Source: Bdellovibrionales bacterium (GTDB lineage: Bacteria; Bdellovibrionota; Bdellovibrionia; Bdellovibrionales; UBA1609). Taken from it: a stretch of 64,000 bases of DNA. The notes below the pieces were generated by a model that was not told the DNA's origin, did not search any database, and saw nothing but the letters and a program-made list of their open reading frames with translations. The stretch covers positions 42,949 through 106,948 of the forward strand of contig JBGSNU010000031.1 in the NCBI GenBank assembly GCA_041739415.1. Direction: 5' to 3'. A program made the translations under genes and the position numbers. Shown here in pieces: positions 9,285-19,879 of this stretch (position 1 is the stretch's first letter; each line of letters opens with the position of its first letter).

Positions 9285-10617
9285 TCTGGTGGCGATAGGC
9301 AAAAATCTGCTCCACATCTTTTAAGACGAATGGCAACGAGACCACTCGCCCCAATAGACCCATCGGCAACTTAAACCTCACAGAATCTCGCATCAACGTG
9401 CCTCCACCGAGCGACTCGAACTCATGCAGATGATGCCAACTGGAGTAGGGACCTTTGATTTGAATATCGACAAACCGTTTACCGACTTCCCAGGTCGTGA
9501 TTTCGGATTGCCATCCCAGCGGGAGACCTCTAAGTCGAAGTCGGTAGTCAATCCGAGTGCCCTTTTGAATCTCGGGCGTGCTCTTACCCACCACAGTGAA
9601 GCGCAAAATAGGTGGAGTGATTCGCTCGAGATTGTGTTCCGACGAAAAAAACTGCCACACTTTCTCCTTTGGCGCGGGCACCCAAGACTCCAGCACCAAC
9701 TGGAATTCGCCCGGCTTCACTTCGCCAAGCAGGTTTTGAATGGCAGAGGCAAAGTCTTGATACTTCCATTTGAATCCCACCTGAATCAGCCGAGCAGGGA
9801 CGACTCTTTGCGAACCCAACAGGGCCTCGGACAGCTCACCTAAGGCCAGCTTCAAGGCTACCGCTGGTGCAGCGGGGGCCGAGAATATCTGTAACCGCTC
9901 CGCCAACACTCGAGTGAGGTCGGCATTGCGAATCGATTCAGGCGCGACTAAATTCACCGACCCAATAAGCGAAGCCTGAGTCAGAGCCTGAGCGAAGGCC
10001 GCCACACAGTCCTCGAGGTGAATCCATGGCATGTGCTGACGACCCGTCCCCAAGGCGCTCGCACCGAATCGCTGCATGACAGGCAAAACCTCTCGCAAAA
10101 AACCACCGCGGGCACTCAGCACTACCCCTAAGCGAAAGATCACTGTGCGCTCCGCCGGAACCTCCAGCGCAGCACTTTCCCAAGCCACACAGAGCTGAGC
10201 TAAAAAATCGTCGCCGGGCAGAGAGGTCTCCGAGAGCTCAGCATCTCCCTGGTCACCATAATAACCCGCGCCAGAGGCTGAAATAAATACCTTGAGGCGA
10301 ACTCCGTAAGACTCCACGGCTTGCTTCAAGGCCCCAGCACTGCGAATTCTCGAGTCTTGTAAGGCCTTTTTGCGAGCCACGGTCCAGCGCTTGGCCGCGA
10401 TATTTTCACCGGCCAAATGAATAATAGCATCCACTCCCTCGAGGGATTCACGGGGTGGAAGTTCAACTCCGTCCCACTTAAATTTTCGACAAGGATAGGG
10501 CGGCATAGCACTTGCGGGATTGCGCGAGAGAATCCGCAGCGTGTGCCCGTCATGCACCAATCTTTGGCCCAACGCCGATCCAACAAGGCCCGTTGCACCC
10601 GTGATCAATATCTCCAT
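9253..10617 (-). CDS. TIGR01777-family NAD-dependent epimerase fused to C-terminal SRPBCC domain
   Basis: ITGATGLVG, HLAGENIAAKRWT, SQRVVP; C-terminal VWQFFSSEHNLERITPP...FVDIQIKGPYSSWHHLH. Confidence 0.88.
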   Translation of the reverse strand: MEILITGATGLVGSALGQRLVHDGHTLRILSRNPASAMPPYPCRKFKWDGVELPPRESLEGVDAIIHLAGENIAAKRWTVARKKALQDSRIRSAGALKQAVESYGVRLKVFISASGAGYYGDQGDAELSETSLPGDDFLAQLCVAWESAALEVPAERTVIFRLGVVLSARGGFLREVLPVMQRFGASALGTGRQHMPWIHLEDCVAAFAQALTQASLIGSVNLVAPESIRNADLTRVLAERLQIFSAPAAPAVALKLALGELSEALLGSQRVVPARLIQVGFKWKYQDFASAIQNLLGEVKPGEFQLVLESWVPAPKEKVWQFFSSEHNLERITPPILRFTVVGKSTPEIQKGTRIDYRLRLRGLPLGWQSEITTWEVGKRFVDIQIKGPYSSWHHLHEFESLGGGTLMRDSVRFKLPMGLLGRVVSLPFVLKDVEQIFAYRHQIIEQEFSGPS

Positions 10618-10637
10618 CGTTGCCGACTCCTGAATAA

Positions 10638-11942
10638 TTATTTGCTTTTGAGTGCCGCTTGAAACGTCGCCAAAGCGCGACGCCGCCCGAACTCTAAGTC
10701 CACCATAGGTTCATGATAAGACAGAGTGGCTCGCTCCGGCACCCATTTGTTCACGTAAGTCCCCTGCCCATCAAATTTTTTTGCCTGAAGTATGGGGTTA
10801 AACACACGGAAGTAAGGTGCAGCGTCGCAACCACAGCCTGCCACCCACTGCCAGTTTCCCACGTTCGCCGAGAGATCAAAGTCTAGCAGCTTCTCGGCAA
10901 AATAGCGTTCGCCCCAACGCCAATCGATCAAGAGATGTTTAGTTAAAAAACTGCCCACAATCATTCGTGCCCGATTGTGCATAAAACCCGTAGTGTTCAG
11001 CTCTCGCATTCCCGCATCTACAATCGGAATGCCCGTTTGACCGGCACACCATCTATCAAACTCATCTTGTTTATTGCGCCATTCGATGGCGGAATACCGA
11101 GGATCAAACGGTTGATCGACCGAATGAGGAAAATGAAATAAAATTTGCATAAAGAACTCGCGCCAAATGAGTTCGCTGAGAAAAACCTCAGATAGCGGTT
11201 GCACCGTGGCTGCCAGCTTGCGAATCGAGATTGAGCCAAAGCGCAAATGTAGCCCCAGGTGACTGGTGGAATCACTCCCCATGGAATTGCGGGCCTCGTG
11301 GTAATTCGTGAAGATCGTCTTTTTTACCACTTTTGAAGGAATCGGCAACGGCGACGGAGAAAACCCCAAATCGCCTAGCGTCGGCATCTGCCCACCAACC
11401 GGCCGGCTGAATTTTGCGATTCTATTCGCTGAAGGAAAGCCTGTAAATGCGTCCGCTGTGAGTGCGCTCTTCCATCGTTTGGCGTAGGCGGTAAAGACTC
11501 GGTAGGGTTCGCCGTTGTCTTTGACGATCTCGTTTTTTGCAAAAATCACTTGATCCTTCAAAGCCTTGAACTCAACGCCTTTCGACATTGCCAGCTCGCG
11601 CACCTGAGCGTCTCGCTTAATGGCATAGGGCTCATAGTCCTCGTTGCAAAAGATCTGTTGAACCGGATACTGATTCAGCAAACGTTGCCAAACTTCTTTA
11701 GGCTTGCCGATTTCAACATGAAGTCCGCCACCCATCTCACTGAACTGAGACTGCAAGTGCTCCAGTCGCTGATGAATGAAACTCACTCGGGCGTCTTGCC
11801 GAGGCAGAGCCTGTAAAATATTTTCATCAAAAATAAAAACAGGTAAGACAGAAGTTCCACTGAGGCGCGCTTGAGTGAGTGCAGCAAAAAGACCATGATT
11901 GTCTTCGAGACGCAAATCGCGTCGAAACCAGAATAATATCAT
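10638..11942 (-). CDS. phrB: Deoxyribodipyrimidine photolyase (class I CPD)
   Basis: WFRRDLRLEDN, WREFF, GQTGIPIVDAGMREL, MHNRARM, NVGNWQW. Confidence 0.95.
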   Translation of the reverse strand: MILFWFRRDLRLEDNHGLFAALTQARLSGTSVLPVFIFDENILQALPRQDARVSFIHQRLEHLQSQFSEMGGGLHVEIGKPKEVWQRLLNQYPVQQIFCNEDYEPYAIKRDAQVRELAMSKGVEFKALKDQVIFAKNEIVKDNGEPYRVFTAYAKRWKSALTADAFTGFPSANRIAKFSRPVGGQMPTLGDLGFSPSPLPIPSKVVKKTIFTNYHEARNSMGSDSTSHLGLHLRFGSISIRKLAATVQPLSEVFLSELIWREFFMQILFHFPHSVDQPFDPRYSAIEWRNKQDEFDRWCAGQTGIPIVDAGMRELNTTGFMHNRARMIVGSFLTKHLLIDWRWGERYFAEKLLDFDLSANVGNWQWVAGCGCDAAPYFRVFNPILQAKKFDGQGTYVNKWVPERATLSYHEPMVDLEFGRRRALATFQAALKSK

Positions 11943-11953
11943 GCCCCCAATAT

Positions 11954-12271
11954 CTAGTACGAAGTCAAATTCTGCAATCGAATCTCAATCTCCTTTTGCA
12001 GATCAATACCGAGCACACGCAGCACATTGACCAAATCGGAGGCCCGAATTTCACTTCGCCCCCGAAAAAATCGATTCACACTGATTCGAGAGATTTCACA
12101 ATCCAGGGCGATGCGCGTTTGCTTGACCTTCATTTTATTGGCGAGCTGTGCCACTTGGGGCCCCAACTTTTCGGCACTTCGATTGAGCGTTGATGCCGCT
12201 TGCCGAGCGGATTCGGAATCCTCCAAAGGACTTGAATCATTCACCGTTATACTGTCTGCATTCATTTCCAT
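11954..12271 (-). CDS. Small XRE-like HTH protein
   Basis: KQTRIALDCEISRISVNRFFRGRSEI; start assigned to ATG 12271 after a G-rich SD. Confidence 0.7.
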   Translation of the reverse strand: MEMNADSITVNDSSPLEDSESARQAASTLNRSAEKLGPQVAQLANKMKVKQTRIALDCEISRISVNRFFRGRSEIRASDLVNVLRVLGIDLQKEIEIRLQNLTSY

Positions 12272-12326
12272 TTTCCCCCCTGCTGGTGCTTTACTGACAC
12301 CGTGATTGCACCTCGAGAGGAAACTT

Positions 12327-12342
12327 AGCAAACGTCATACCA
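12327..12342 (-). promoter_or_regulatory. Candidate sigma-54 promoter for the HTH-photolyase operon
   Basis: TGGTATG-ACGT-TTGCT matches the TGGCACG-N4-TTGC(A/T) spacing. Confidence 0.55.
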
Positions 12343-12352
12343 CGCGAACGTG

Positions 12353-15300
12353 CTATTGAAAGTCGAGTGGAATCCCTAGACGATGTAGTCCATCCAAAGA
12401 TTCACGTGAGGCATTTACGCCTGAGATCTCTTTTACATCCAGCTCGACTGTATGACTCAACTCGGGCAAGTGGAGTCGCAAGCAGAGCGCGGTCTCACCC
12501 GGAAACTTTTCAACCCATTGTTTGAGTAGGGCCATTTTGTCCAACATATTTGGCGTGACGTCGAGGGTGAGACGTTTGATCTGCCGAATCATATCTTCGG
12601 CCAGACGAACTTGCTCCGCTAGCAATTTGAATTGCCCTTCCTCCGTCTCAAGGGTGCCCAGAATTAAAACTGGAGATTCAGCCTTCAAAGTCTGTTCAAA
12701 CTGCGCAAAGGTGTCCGGAAACACGACGACTTCAATAGCATCCGAGAGATCCTCGAGTCTTAAAAAGGCCATGCGGGTGCCTTTCTTGGTGATTATTTCT
12801 CGAATCGAGGTGATCAGACCCATGACTTGCGCTTTGCTCTTCCCCTCAAGCTTTCTTAAGTTCGAGATTTGTGGCGCGCCCCAGAGTCGTCCGACAGATT
12901 CCATACCGCGCAACGGGTGGTCGGTTAAATAAAATCCCAAGACCTCTTTTTCATAGGCCAACGACAAAGAGCGACCCCACGCCTCTAGCTTCTCAATTCG
13001 CACGCCTTGGTCATTCTGACCGTCTGGCTCCACCAAATCAAACAACGAGGTTTGACCAACTTCGCGGTCCTTGCGAACACCCTCTGACCGCTCAATAAAT
13101 GCCGGGAACCCTTTGATCAGCTCATTGCGATTGAAGGCAAAGCCGTCCAGCGCTCCCGCTTTGATCAGCGCCTCAAGAGTTTTTTTGTTTACCTTACGTG
13201 TGTCAATGGCCTCAAAGAAACTCTCAAGGCTTGTAAACTTCCCGCCAGGTTGCTTCGCCCGTGCCTCAATAATCGACTGTACGGCTCCCTCACCGACACC
13301 TTTGATCGCGCCGAGCGAAAATAAGATCTGCTCACCCCGCACGGTGAATTTAAATTCCGAATGATTGATGTGAGGTGGGACAATTTCAATCGAATGGTTT
13401 TGCGCATCTTTGACGTACTTGACGATCTTATCGGTATCGCTCATCTCCGTACTGAGTAGGGCGGCAAAGAACTCAACTGGATAATAGAACTTCAGCCAGG
13501 CTGTCTGCGCCTGAATCACGCAATAGGCCGCCGCATGCGATTTGTTAAAACCGTAATCAGCAAACTTGTACATCAGCTCAAAAACCTCTTCGGCCTTTTT
13601 GACATCAAAGCCTTTGTCTTTGCTCCCCGACAAAAAACGCTGCCGATGCTGATCCATCTCGCTCTTGATTTTTTTACCCATGGCCCGCCGGAGCATATCG
13701 GCCTCACCGAGAGAATACCCGGCGACAATGGAGGCAATGCCCATCACCTGCTCTTGATAGACGATGATGCCGTAGGTCTCTTGCAGGATTTCTTTGAGTT
13801 CATCAAAGGCGTATTCGACCTTCTGCTCCCCATGCTTTCGGGCCGCAAACTCAGGAATCATGGCCATTGGACCTGGACGATACAGAGCATTGATGGCGGT
13901 TATATCGGTGAAACTCGAGGGTCGAATTTGGCGAATCGCCTGAGTGTATCCCTCGCCCTCAGCCTGAAAAACTCCGGCCGTGTCACCCTTCGCCAACAGT
14001 TCGTAAATCCCTGGATCAGACAGTGAGATCTGTTGCAAAGCGCAGGTCTTGCCTCGGTTAAGCTGGATTAAATTGAGCGCCTCTTGCACATGCGTCAGGG
14101 TTTTTAGTCCCAAAAAATCAAATTTGATCAAACCAATTTTTTCAGCGTGCTTCATGTCGTATTGGACGACGTTCTCACCCTCTGCGCCTCGGTACATGGG
14201 CGCAAAATCACCAATGTTGCCGTCGGCAATGATCACACCGGCCGCGTGAATGCCGGCGTGCCGAACCAGCCCTTCGATCTTCTGTGCGAGATCCATCAAC
14301 GTGTTGACCTTTGGATCTGTCTCCATCAGCTCGCGCAGTCGCGGCTCCGTGTCGATGGCCTCTTTGAGAGTAATCCCGAGTTTTTCTGGAACAAGTTTGG
14401 CCACCACATCGACTTCTGGAAAAGTCATCCCCATTACACGACCGACATCTCGAATCGCCGCTCGCGTCTGCAGTCGCCCGTAGGTGATGATCTGCGACAC
14501 CGATTGTCGCCCATACTTCTGCGACACGTACTCGATCACTCGGCCGCGATGCTCCTGACAAAAATCGATATCAAAGTCCGGCATGCTCACGCGCTCGGGA
14601 TTCAAGAAACGCTCAAACAAAAGGTTGTAGGGATTGGGATCTAAGTCCGTGATACGCAAAGAGTAGGCCACCAGCGAACCGGCACCAGACCCTCGCCCAG
14701 GTCCAACGGGTATGCCCTGCTTTTTCGCCCATCCAATAAAATCCTGAACAATTAAAAAATAACCGTTGAACCCCATTTGCCCGATCACTTGCAGCTCGTA
14801 ATCCAAGCGATTCCAATAATGAACTCGCTGGTCCTCAACTACGCCTTCACCGCGGGCGTCGGCCTCCCGAAAGCGCTCCTCTAAGCCCGCCTTTGCCAGC
14901 TCGCGGATCTCCTCCTCGAGCGACCGTCCGGCCTGAGTTGGGTATGAGGGCAAATGGTAGATAGGTGCGCCTTTACTGTCTTTCAACTTAAACTGCAGGT
15001 CGCAGCGTTCCGCGATCTCTAAGCTGCGATCGCAGGCTCCCGGTATGTCTGAGAACAGATCGTGCATTTGCTGCGGGCTCTTAAAATAGAATTGATCGCT
15101 GCCCAAGCGATAGCGCGACTGATCTTGTAAAGTTCTGTTGCTGCCGATGCAGAGCAAAACCTCTTGGGCCAACTGCTCATCTCGAGTCATGTAATGCACG
15201 TCGTTCGCCGCGACCAACCGCACGCCTGTGTCTTCGCTGGCCTGTTGCAGAAACGGCAGAGCGGTCTCCCACCCTTTGAGAGCGGTACGATTCACTTCTA

Positions 15301-15820
15301 AATAAAATCGATCGCCATAAATCTCTTGGTAAAATCGAATGCGCTCCATCGCGGCTTCGGGCCCCCGGTTTAGAAAAGTCCAAGGGATATCACCGCCCAA
15401 ACCACCACTCAGTGCCAAAATATTCGCCGAGTGTTGCCGCAGGACTTCGTAATCCACTCGAGGTCTATAGTAAAATCCCTCTTGGTAGCCGATCGTCGAC
15501 AGTCGACAAAGCGTTTGGTAGCCGAGGTAGTCTTGCGCCAGGAGCACCAACCGGCGATTGGGCTGAGCTTGAGCCTCTTTGTCTTCGCCCTTGCTCAAGC
15601 GCGACTTCGGCGCGATAAAAACTTCGAGTCCGACAATGGGTTTGACTCCGGCGTCTCGGCAGGCAAAGTAAAATTCAATGGCCCCAAACATATTGCCGAG
15701 ATCGGTCAGCGCCACCGCTGGCATTTGAAAGTCCGCCGCTTTTTTGGCCAACGTTTTTACTCTACACGTGGCCTCTAGCAGCGAATATTGGGAATGCACA
15801 TGCAGATGAACAAACGACAT
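12353..15820 (-). CDS. dnaE: DNA polymerase III alpha subunit
   Basis: FVHLHVHSQYSLL PHP domain, GPGRGSGAGS, MPDFDIDF, FNKSH, OB fold; ATG 15820 directly after the guaA stop. Confidence 0.98.
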   Translation of the reverse strand: MSFVHLHVHSQYSLLEATCRVKTLAKKAADFQMPAVALTDLGNMFGAIEFYFACRDAGVKPIVGLEVFIAPKSRLSKGEDKEAQAQPNRRLVLLAQDYLGYQTLCRLSTIGYQEGFYYRPRVDYEVLRQHSANILALSGGLGGDIPWTFLNRGPEAAMERIRFYQEIYGDRFYLEVNRTALKGWETALPFLQQASEDTGVRLVAANDVHYMTRDEQLAQEVLLCIGSNRTLQDQSRYRLGSDQFYFKSPQQMHDLFSDIPGACDRSLEIAERCDLQFKLKDSKGAPIYHLPSYPTQAGRSLEEEIRELAKAGLEERFREADARGEGVVEDQRVHYWNRLDYELQVIGQMGFNGYFLIVQDFIGWAKKQGIPVGPGRGSGAGSLVAYSLRITDLDPNPYNLLFERFLNPERVSMPDFDIDFCQEHRGRVIEYVSQKYGRQSVSQIITYGRLQTRAAIRDVGRVMGMTFPEVDVVAKLVPEKLGITLKEAIDTEPRLRELMETDPKVNTLMDLAQKIEGLVRHAGIHAAGVIIADGNIGDFAPMYRGAEGENVVQYDMKHAEKIGLIKFDFLGLKTLTHVQEALNLIQLNRGKTCALQQISLSDPGIYELLAKGDTAGVFQAEGEGYTQAIRQIRPSSFTDITAINALYRPGPMAMIPEFAARKHGEQKVEYAFDELKEILQETYGIIVYQEQVMGIASIVAGYSLGEADMLRRAMGKKIKSEMDQHRQRFLSGSKDKGFDVKKAEEVFELMYKFADYGFNKSHAAAYCVIQAQTAWLKFYYPVEFFAALLSTEMSDTDKIVKYVKDAQNHSIEIVPPHINHSEFKFTVRGEQILFSLGAIKGVGEGAVQSIIEARAKQPGGKFTSLESFFEAIDTRKVNKKTLEALIKAGALDGFAFNRNELIKGFPAFIERSEGVRKDREVGQTSLFDLVEPDGQNDQGVRIEKLEAWGRSLSLAYEKEVLGFYLTDHPLRGMESVGRLWGAPQISNLRKLEGKSKAQVMGLITSIREIITKKGTRMAFLRLEDLSDAIEVVVFPDTFAQFEQTLKAESPVLILGTLETEEGQFKLLAEQVRLAEDMIRQIKRLTLDVTPNMLDKMALLKQWVEKFPGETALCLRLHLPELSHTVELDVKEISGVNASRESLDGLHRLGIPLDFQ

Positions 15821-15821
15821 C

Positions 15822-17348
15822 TCACTCCCACTCGATGGTGCCGGGTGGCTTGGACGTGACGTCGTACACCACTCGATTGACTCCGCGCACTTCGTTGGTG
15901 ATGCGATTGGAGAGATGGGCCATAAACGCCGGCTCAAAGGGATACCAGTCTGCCGTCATTCCATCTGTGGAGGTGACCGCACGAAGAGCCACGACCTTAT
16001 CATAGGTGCGATTGTCACCTTGAACGCCGACCGTCTTCACTGGGAGCAGCACGCAAAACGCTTGCCATATTTTATTGTAAAGATCATTGCGCTCGAGTTC
16101 TTCAATGTAAATGGCATCGACCTCTTTGAGAATATTCAAATCCGGCTCGTTGATGGGGCCGATCAACCGAATGGCTAAGCCCGGGCCCGGAAAGGGATGA
16201 CGCCACAAAAACTTATGTGGAATATTCAGATCTGCACCAATGCGGCGAACCTCGTCCTTAAACAAATCCCGTAGAGGCTCGATCAGCTTGAGGCCTAAAT
16301 CTTTCGGCAAACCACCAACGTTGTGATGGGACTTGATGGTCACACTCGTGCCGCGCGGACTCACCGACTCAATCACATCTGGATAAAGAGTGCCCTGGGC
16401 CAACCAATCGCACTGACCCACCACTTTGAACGCCTGTTTAAAGGCATCAATAAAAGTATGACCGATGATCTTGCGTTTTTCCTCTGGATCTTCAACGCCC
16501 GTGAGCCGACCAATGAACTCCCGCTTAGCATCGTGTCCATGCACATTCAGACCCAACTCACTGTACAGCGCCATCACCTTATTGAATTCATCTTTGCGCA
16601 AAAGTCCGGTGTCGACAAAAACGCACTTCACTCGGTCACGCCCTAAGGCTTGCGTAAGAAGTGTCCCGACCACGGTGGAATCGACTCCGCCACTGAGTGC
16701 ACACAGCACTCGGTCGTCTTTACCAACACGGGCTTTAATGTCGTTTAATAAGTGATCTTGGATCAAATGCGTCGACCAGTTGATTTTGGCGCCACACCTC
16801 TGAAACAAAAAAGCCTTTAAAAATTCCAGGCCGGCCTCAGTGTGGGCCACCTCAGGATGAAACTGCACACCCCAATAGCCAGGGGCAATGATGGCAGCCG
16901 GGTGCCGAGTGCCAGACCAAGCCACAATTTTCGAACCGGGAGGAGCTGCGGTGATCACATCCCCATGGCTCATCCACACTTTTTGTTTGAGGGGAACATT
17001 GGGGATGGGTTCCTCCCACTCGACGGAGTTGAATCCATACTCACGGCGATCGGCGCGCTCCACCTTGCCACCGAGGTTGTGCGCCAACAACTGCATGCCG
17101 TAGCAGATTCCAAGCACGGGAGCGATCTCTAACAGCTCCGACACCTGCCGAATCGGGGCACCAGGTTCATCGACCGAATTGGGACCTCCGCTCAAGATGA
17201 TAGCCACCGGCTTGCGCAAACGAATCTCTGCAATTGGTGTGTCGAACAGCATCAGCTCAGAGAACAATCCCATCTCTCGACAACGCCGAGCGATCAGCTG
17301 TGTGTACTGCGAACCAAAATCTAGAATGACAATTCCACCTTGAACCAT
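15822..17348 (-). CDS. guaA: GMP synthase (glutamine-hydrolysing)
   Basis: DFGSQYTQLIARR, GICYGMQ, SGGVDS, KPPGTIEWE. Confidence 0.98.
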   Translation of the reverse strand: MVQGGIVILDFGSQYTQLIARRCREMGLFSELMLFDTPIAEIRLRKPVAIILSGGPNSVDEPGAPIRQVSELLEIAPVLGICYGMQLLAHNLGGKVERADRREYGFNSVEWEEPIPNVPLKQKVWMSHGDVITAAPPGSKIVAWSGTRHPAAIIAPGYWGVQFHPEVAHTEAGLEFLKAFLFQRCGAKINWSTHLIQDHLLNDIKARVGKDDRVLCALSGGVDSTVVGTLLTQALGRDRVKCVFVDTGLLRKDEFNKVMALYSELGLNVHGHDAKREFIGRLTGVEDPEEKRKIIGHTFIDAFKQAFKVVGQCDWLAQGTLYPDVIESVSPRGTSVTIKSHHNVGGLPKDLGLKLIEPLRDLFKDEVRRIGADLNIPHKFLWRHPFPGPGLAIRLIGPINEPDLNILKEVDAIYIEELERNDLYNKIWQAFCVLLPVKTVGVQGDNRTYDKVVALRAVTSTDGMTADWYPFEPAFMAHLSNRITNEVRGVNRVVYDVTSKPPGTIEWE

Positions 17349-17356
17349 TGCAACCC

Positions 17357-18823
17357 TTATTCCATTCGGTAGTTAGGAGCCTCTTTGGTGATATTCACGT
17401 CGTGCACGTGCGACTCGCGTAAACCCTGTGGCGTCACCCGCACAAACTGGGCCCGCGCTTGCAAGTCTTCAATGTTCTTTGCTCCGACGTAGCCCATGCC
17501 ACTGCGCAGTCCACCAATCAGCTGATGCAGTATCCCCCGGGCCGAACCTCTGTAAGGCACACGACCTTCGATCCCCTCAGGGACGAGCTTGTCATTGTCG
17601 CTGACATCAATTTGACCGTATCTATCTTTTGAGCCTTTTTGCATGGCCCCAAGCGACCCCATGCCGCGATAAAGTTTGTAAGTCCGGCCTTGATACAAAA
17701 TGGTTTCGCCAGGACTTTCTTCGGCACCGGCCAAGAGGTTGCCGATCATCACCGAGTTACTCCCCAGCGCCAGGGCCTTAGAAATATCTCCTGAGAACTT
17801 GATGCCGCCGTCAGCAATGATCGTTTTGCCAACCTTTCGTGCTTCACGTGAGCAATTGATCACGGCCGTGAGCTGAGGCATCCCCACACCGGAGACAATG
17901 CGTGTGGTGCAGATACTACCCGGGCCTACACCGATTTTCACCACATCACACCCCGCTTGAAAGAGCTGACGTGTGCCTTCTTCGGTGACGACATTCCCAG
18001 CCACGATAATGACATCTTTGAATTTTTTCGAAGCCCACTCCACCATACTGAGGACGTTTTGCGAATGGCCATGGGCCGTATCGATGCACAACACATCCAC
18101 GCCGGCCGCTACCAACGCCTCGGCACGTTCGTGTGAAGACGGCGCCACTCCAATCGCGGCTCCCACCAAGAGGCGGCCATGTTTGTCTTTTGTGGCCTGC
18201 GGAAAGTTCTCTGATTTTTCAATGTCCTTGATGGTGATTAAACCTTTGAGAAATCCCTTGTCGTCCACAACTGGCAATTTCTCGATGCGATGCTTTTGCA
18301 AAATGATTTTGGCTTGAGTGAGAGTCGTTCCCACGGGGGCCGTGACCAATTTTTCTTTTTTGGTCATCAGGTTGGAGATGGGCTGGGCCACATTGGTTTC
18401 AAATCGCAAATCTCGATTCGTCAAGATCCCGACAAGCATCCCTTTTGTCGTGATGGGGACGCCGCTGATCGAGTAGCGTCGCATTAGTTCTAGCGCCTCC
18501 GCCACTTGATGCTCAGGCGACAGGGTGATCGGATCTAGAATCATCCCGCTCTCGTATTTTTTCACCTTCTCCACTTGGAAGGCCTGAGCTTCGATTTCTA
18601 GATTCTTGTGTATGATCCCTAGCCCACCCATTTGCGCCATTATTTGGGCAATCTTATGCTCAGTGACGGTGTCCATCGCAGCCGAAATGATTGGGACTTT
18701 GAGGTGTGTGTCTCGGGCAAAAAATGAGTCTGTCGCCACCTCTGTCGGTACAACATCTGAGTACTGCGGCACCAACAAAATATCGTCAAAGGTCAACGCC
18801 ATCGGAATTTTTAAATCATCCAT
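17357..18823 (-). CDS. guaB: IMP dehydrogenase
   Basis: [13 protein letters not shown] pair, [15 protein letters not shown]. Confidence 0.98.
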   Translation of the reverse strand: MDDLKIPMALTFDDILLVPQYSDVVPTEVATDSFFARDTHLKVPIISAAMDTVTEHKIAQIMAQMGGLGIIHKNLEIEAQAFQVEKVKKYESGMILDPITLSPEHQVAEALELMRRYSISGVPITTKGMLVGILTNRDLRFETNVAQPISNLMTKKEKLVTAPVGTTLTQAKIILQKHRIEKLPVVDDKGFLKGLITIKDIEKSENFPQATKDKHGRLLVGAAIGVAPSSHERAEALVAAGVDVLCIDTAHGHSQNVLSMVEWASKKFKDVIIVAGNVVTEEGTRQLFQAGCDVVKIGVGPGSICTTRIVSGVGMPQLTAVINCSREARKVGKTIIADGGIKFSGDISKALALGSNSVMIGNLLAGAEESPGETILYQGRTYKLYRGMGSLGAMQKGSKDRYGQIDVSDNDKLVPEGIEGRVPYRGSARGILHQLIGGLRSGMGYVGAKNIEDLQARAQFVRVTPQGLRESHVHDVNITKEAPNYRME

Positions 18824-19356
18824 TAGGACTCCTTCGCTTGTGCAGAATGGCCCACACCATACCAGGACATATACTCAATGTAATTTTTGGCCGACTGACT
18901 TAGGAAGGCCAATTCTTTTTCATTTAAAGGTCGAATTGCTTTGGCCGGGCGACCGAGGATGAGGTAGCCCGAAGGAAATGTCGAATTTTCTGTCACCAAT
19001 GAGCCTGCACCCACAATCGACTGCGGCGGAACTTTGGCTTGATCCATCACAATTGCACCCATGCCCACCAAAACCAAATCGCCGATTTCACAACCATGCA
19101 AGACGACCGAGTGCCCTATGGTCACATCGTTCCCAAGTATGGCCCCGCATTTTTTAAACGTTCCGTGAATCACTGTGTTGTCTTGAATATTGGTCCGATC
19201 GCCAATCAGGATCGGCATCACATCACCCCTTAGGGTGGTGTTGAACCAAACGGAACTCTGCTGCCCGATGGTGACATCACCAATCAGAGCGGCTGAAGGC
19301 GCGATAAAGCTGTTTTGTCCGATGCGAGGCGATTTTCCGTTCAGATCCATGAGCAT
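18823..19356 (-). CDS. Gamma carbonic anhydrase family protein
   Basis: Hexapeptide repeats, LRGD, NIQDNTVIH, IGHSVVLHGC. Confidence 0.92.
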   Translation of the reverse strand: MLMDLNGKSPRIGQNSFIAPSAALIGDVTIGQQSSVWFNTTLRGDVMPILIGDRTNIQDNTVIHGTFKKCGAILGNDVTIGHSVVLHGCEIGDLVLVGMGAIVMDQAKVPPQSIVGAGSLVTENSTFPSGYLILGRPAKAIRPLNEKELAFLSQSAKNYIEYMSWYGVGHSAQAKES

Positions 19357-19369
19357 CGACAGCCTCTTC

Positions 19370-19879
19370 TCAATTTAGGTAATAGTTGCCCGCTCGCTTA
19401 CCGCCACCTTGGCGACCACTGGCTACCTGCCATTGGGCTGGGTCGGTCTCAACGTCACGACATTTCTGCAAATACCCGCGGGTGCAAAAGAACCGAGCCT
19501 TTGCATGTAAACAAAAAGAGATCACATGGTCCGCCCGCATCCGCAGCACGCGCAAACGGCGAGACCCAGCAAATTTCAAATCGACGTACTGTTGATTGCC
19601 ACGCAGCTCACGAAAATGGCACTCTTCGAGCCTCACTCCAAGAACCTTTAGAGCCTCGAGTGACACCTCATGGGGTGAGGGGTTCACCTGATTGGGGCTC
19701 TGACTCATGGCGATTCCAGCTTCGAGGGGCGATAACCAGACCGGCAAAACGGCCTCGCCGCCTTTTTCTCGAAGTAAAATAACTGGGCGGCTTCGATCGA
19801 TCCCATTGGTCACGCCAAAGGGTTCAAGCTCCAAAGTGTCAGCCGCGGTTCGAAGCGGCTTTTCAGCTAATCGTTTCAT
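19370..19879 (-). CDS. Bifunctional nuclease (DUF151)-like protein
   Basis: PVILLRE...VLPVWLSPLEAGIA...PSPHE pattern. Confidence 0.7.
   Translation of the reverse strand: MKRLAEKPLRTAADTLELEPFGVTNGIDRSRPVILLREKGGEAVLPVWLSPLEAGIAMSQSPNQVNPSPHEVSLEALKVLGVRLEECHFRELRGNQQYVDLKFAGSRRLRVLRMRADHVISFCLHAKARFFCTRGYLQKCRDVETDPAQWQVASGRQGGGKRAGNYYLN

Noticed and set aside
15821..15937. 39-aa N-terminal extension of DnaE in the ORF track
   Set aside because: It overlaps the guaA 3' end; the canonical MSFVHLH start is at 15820
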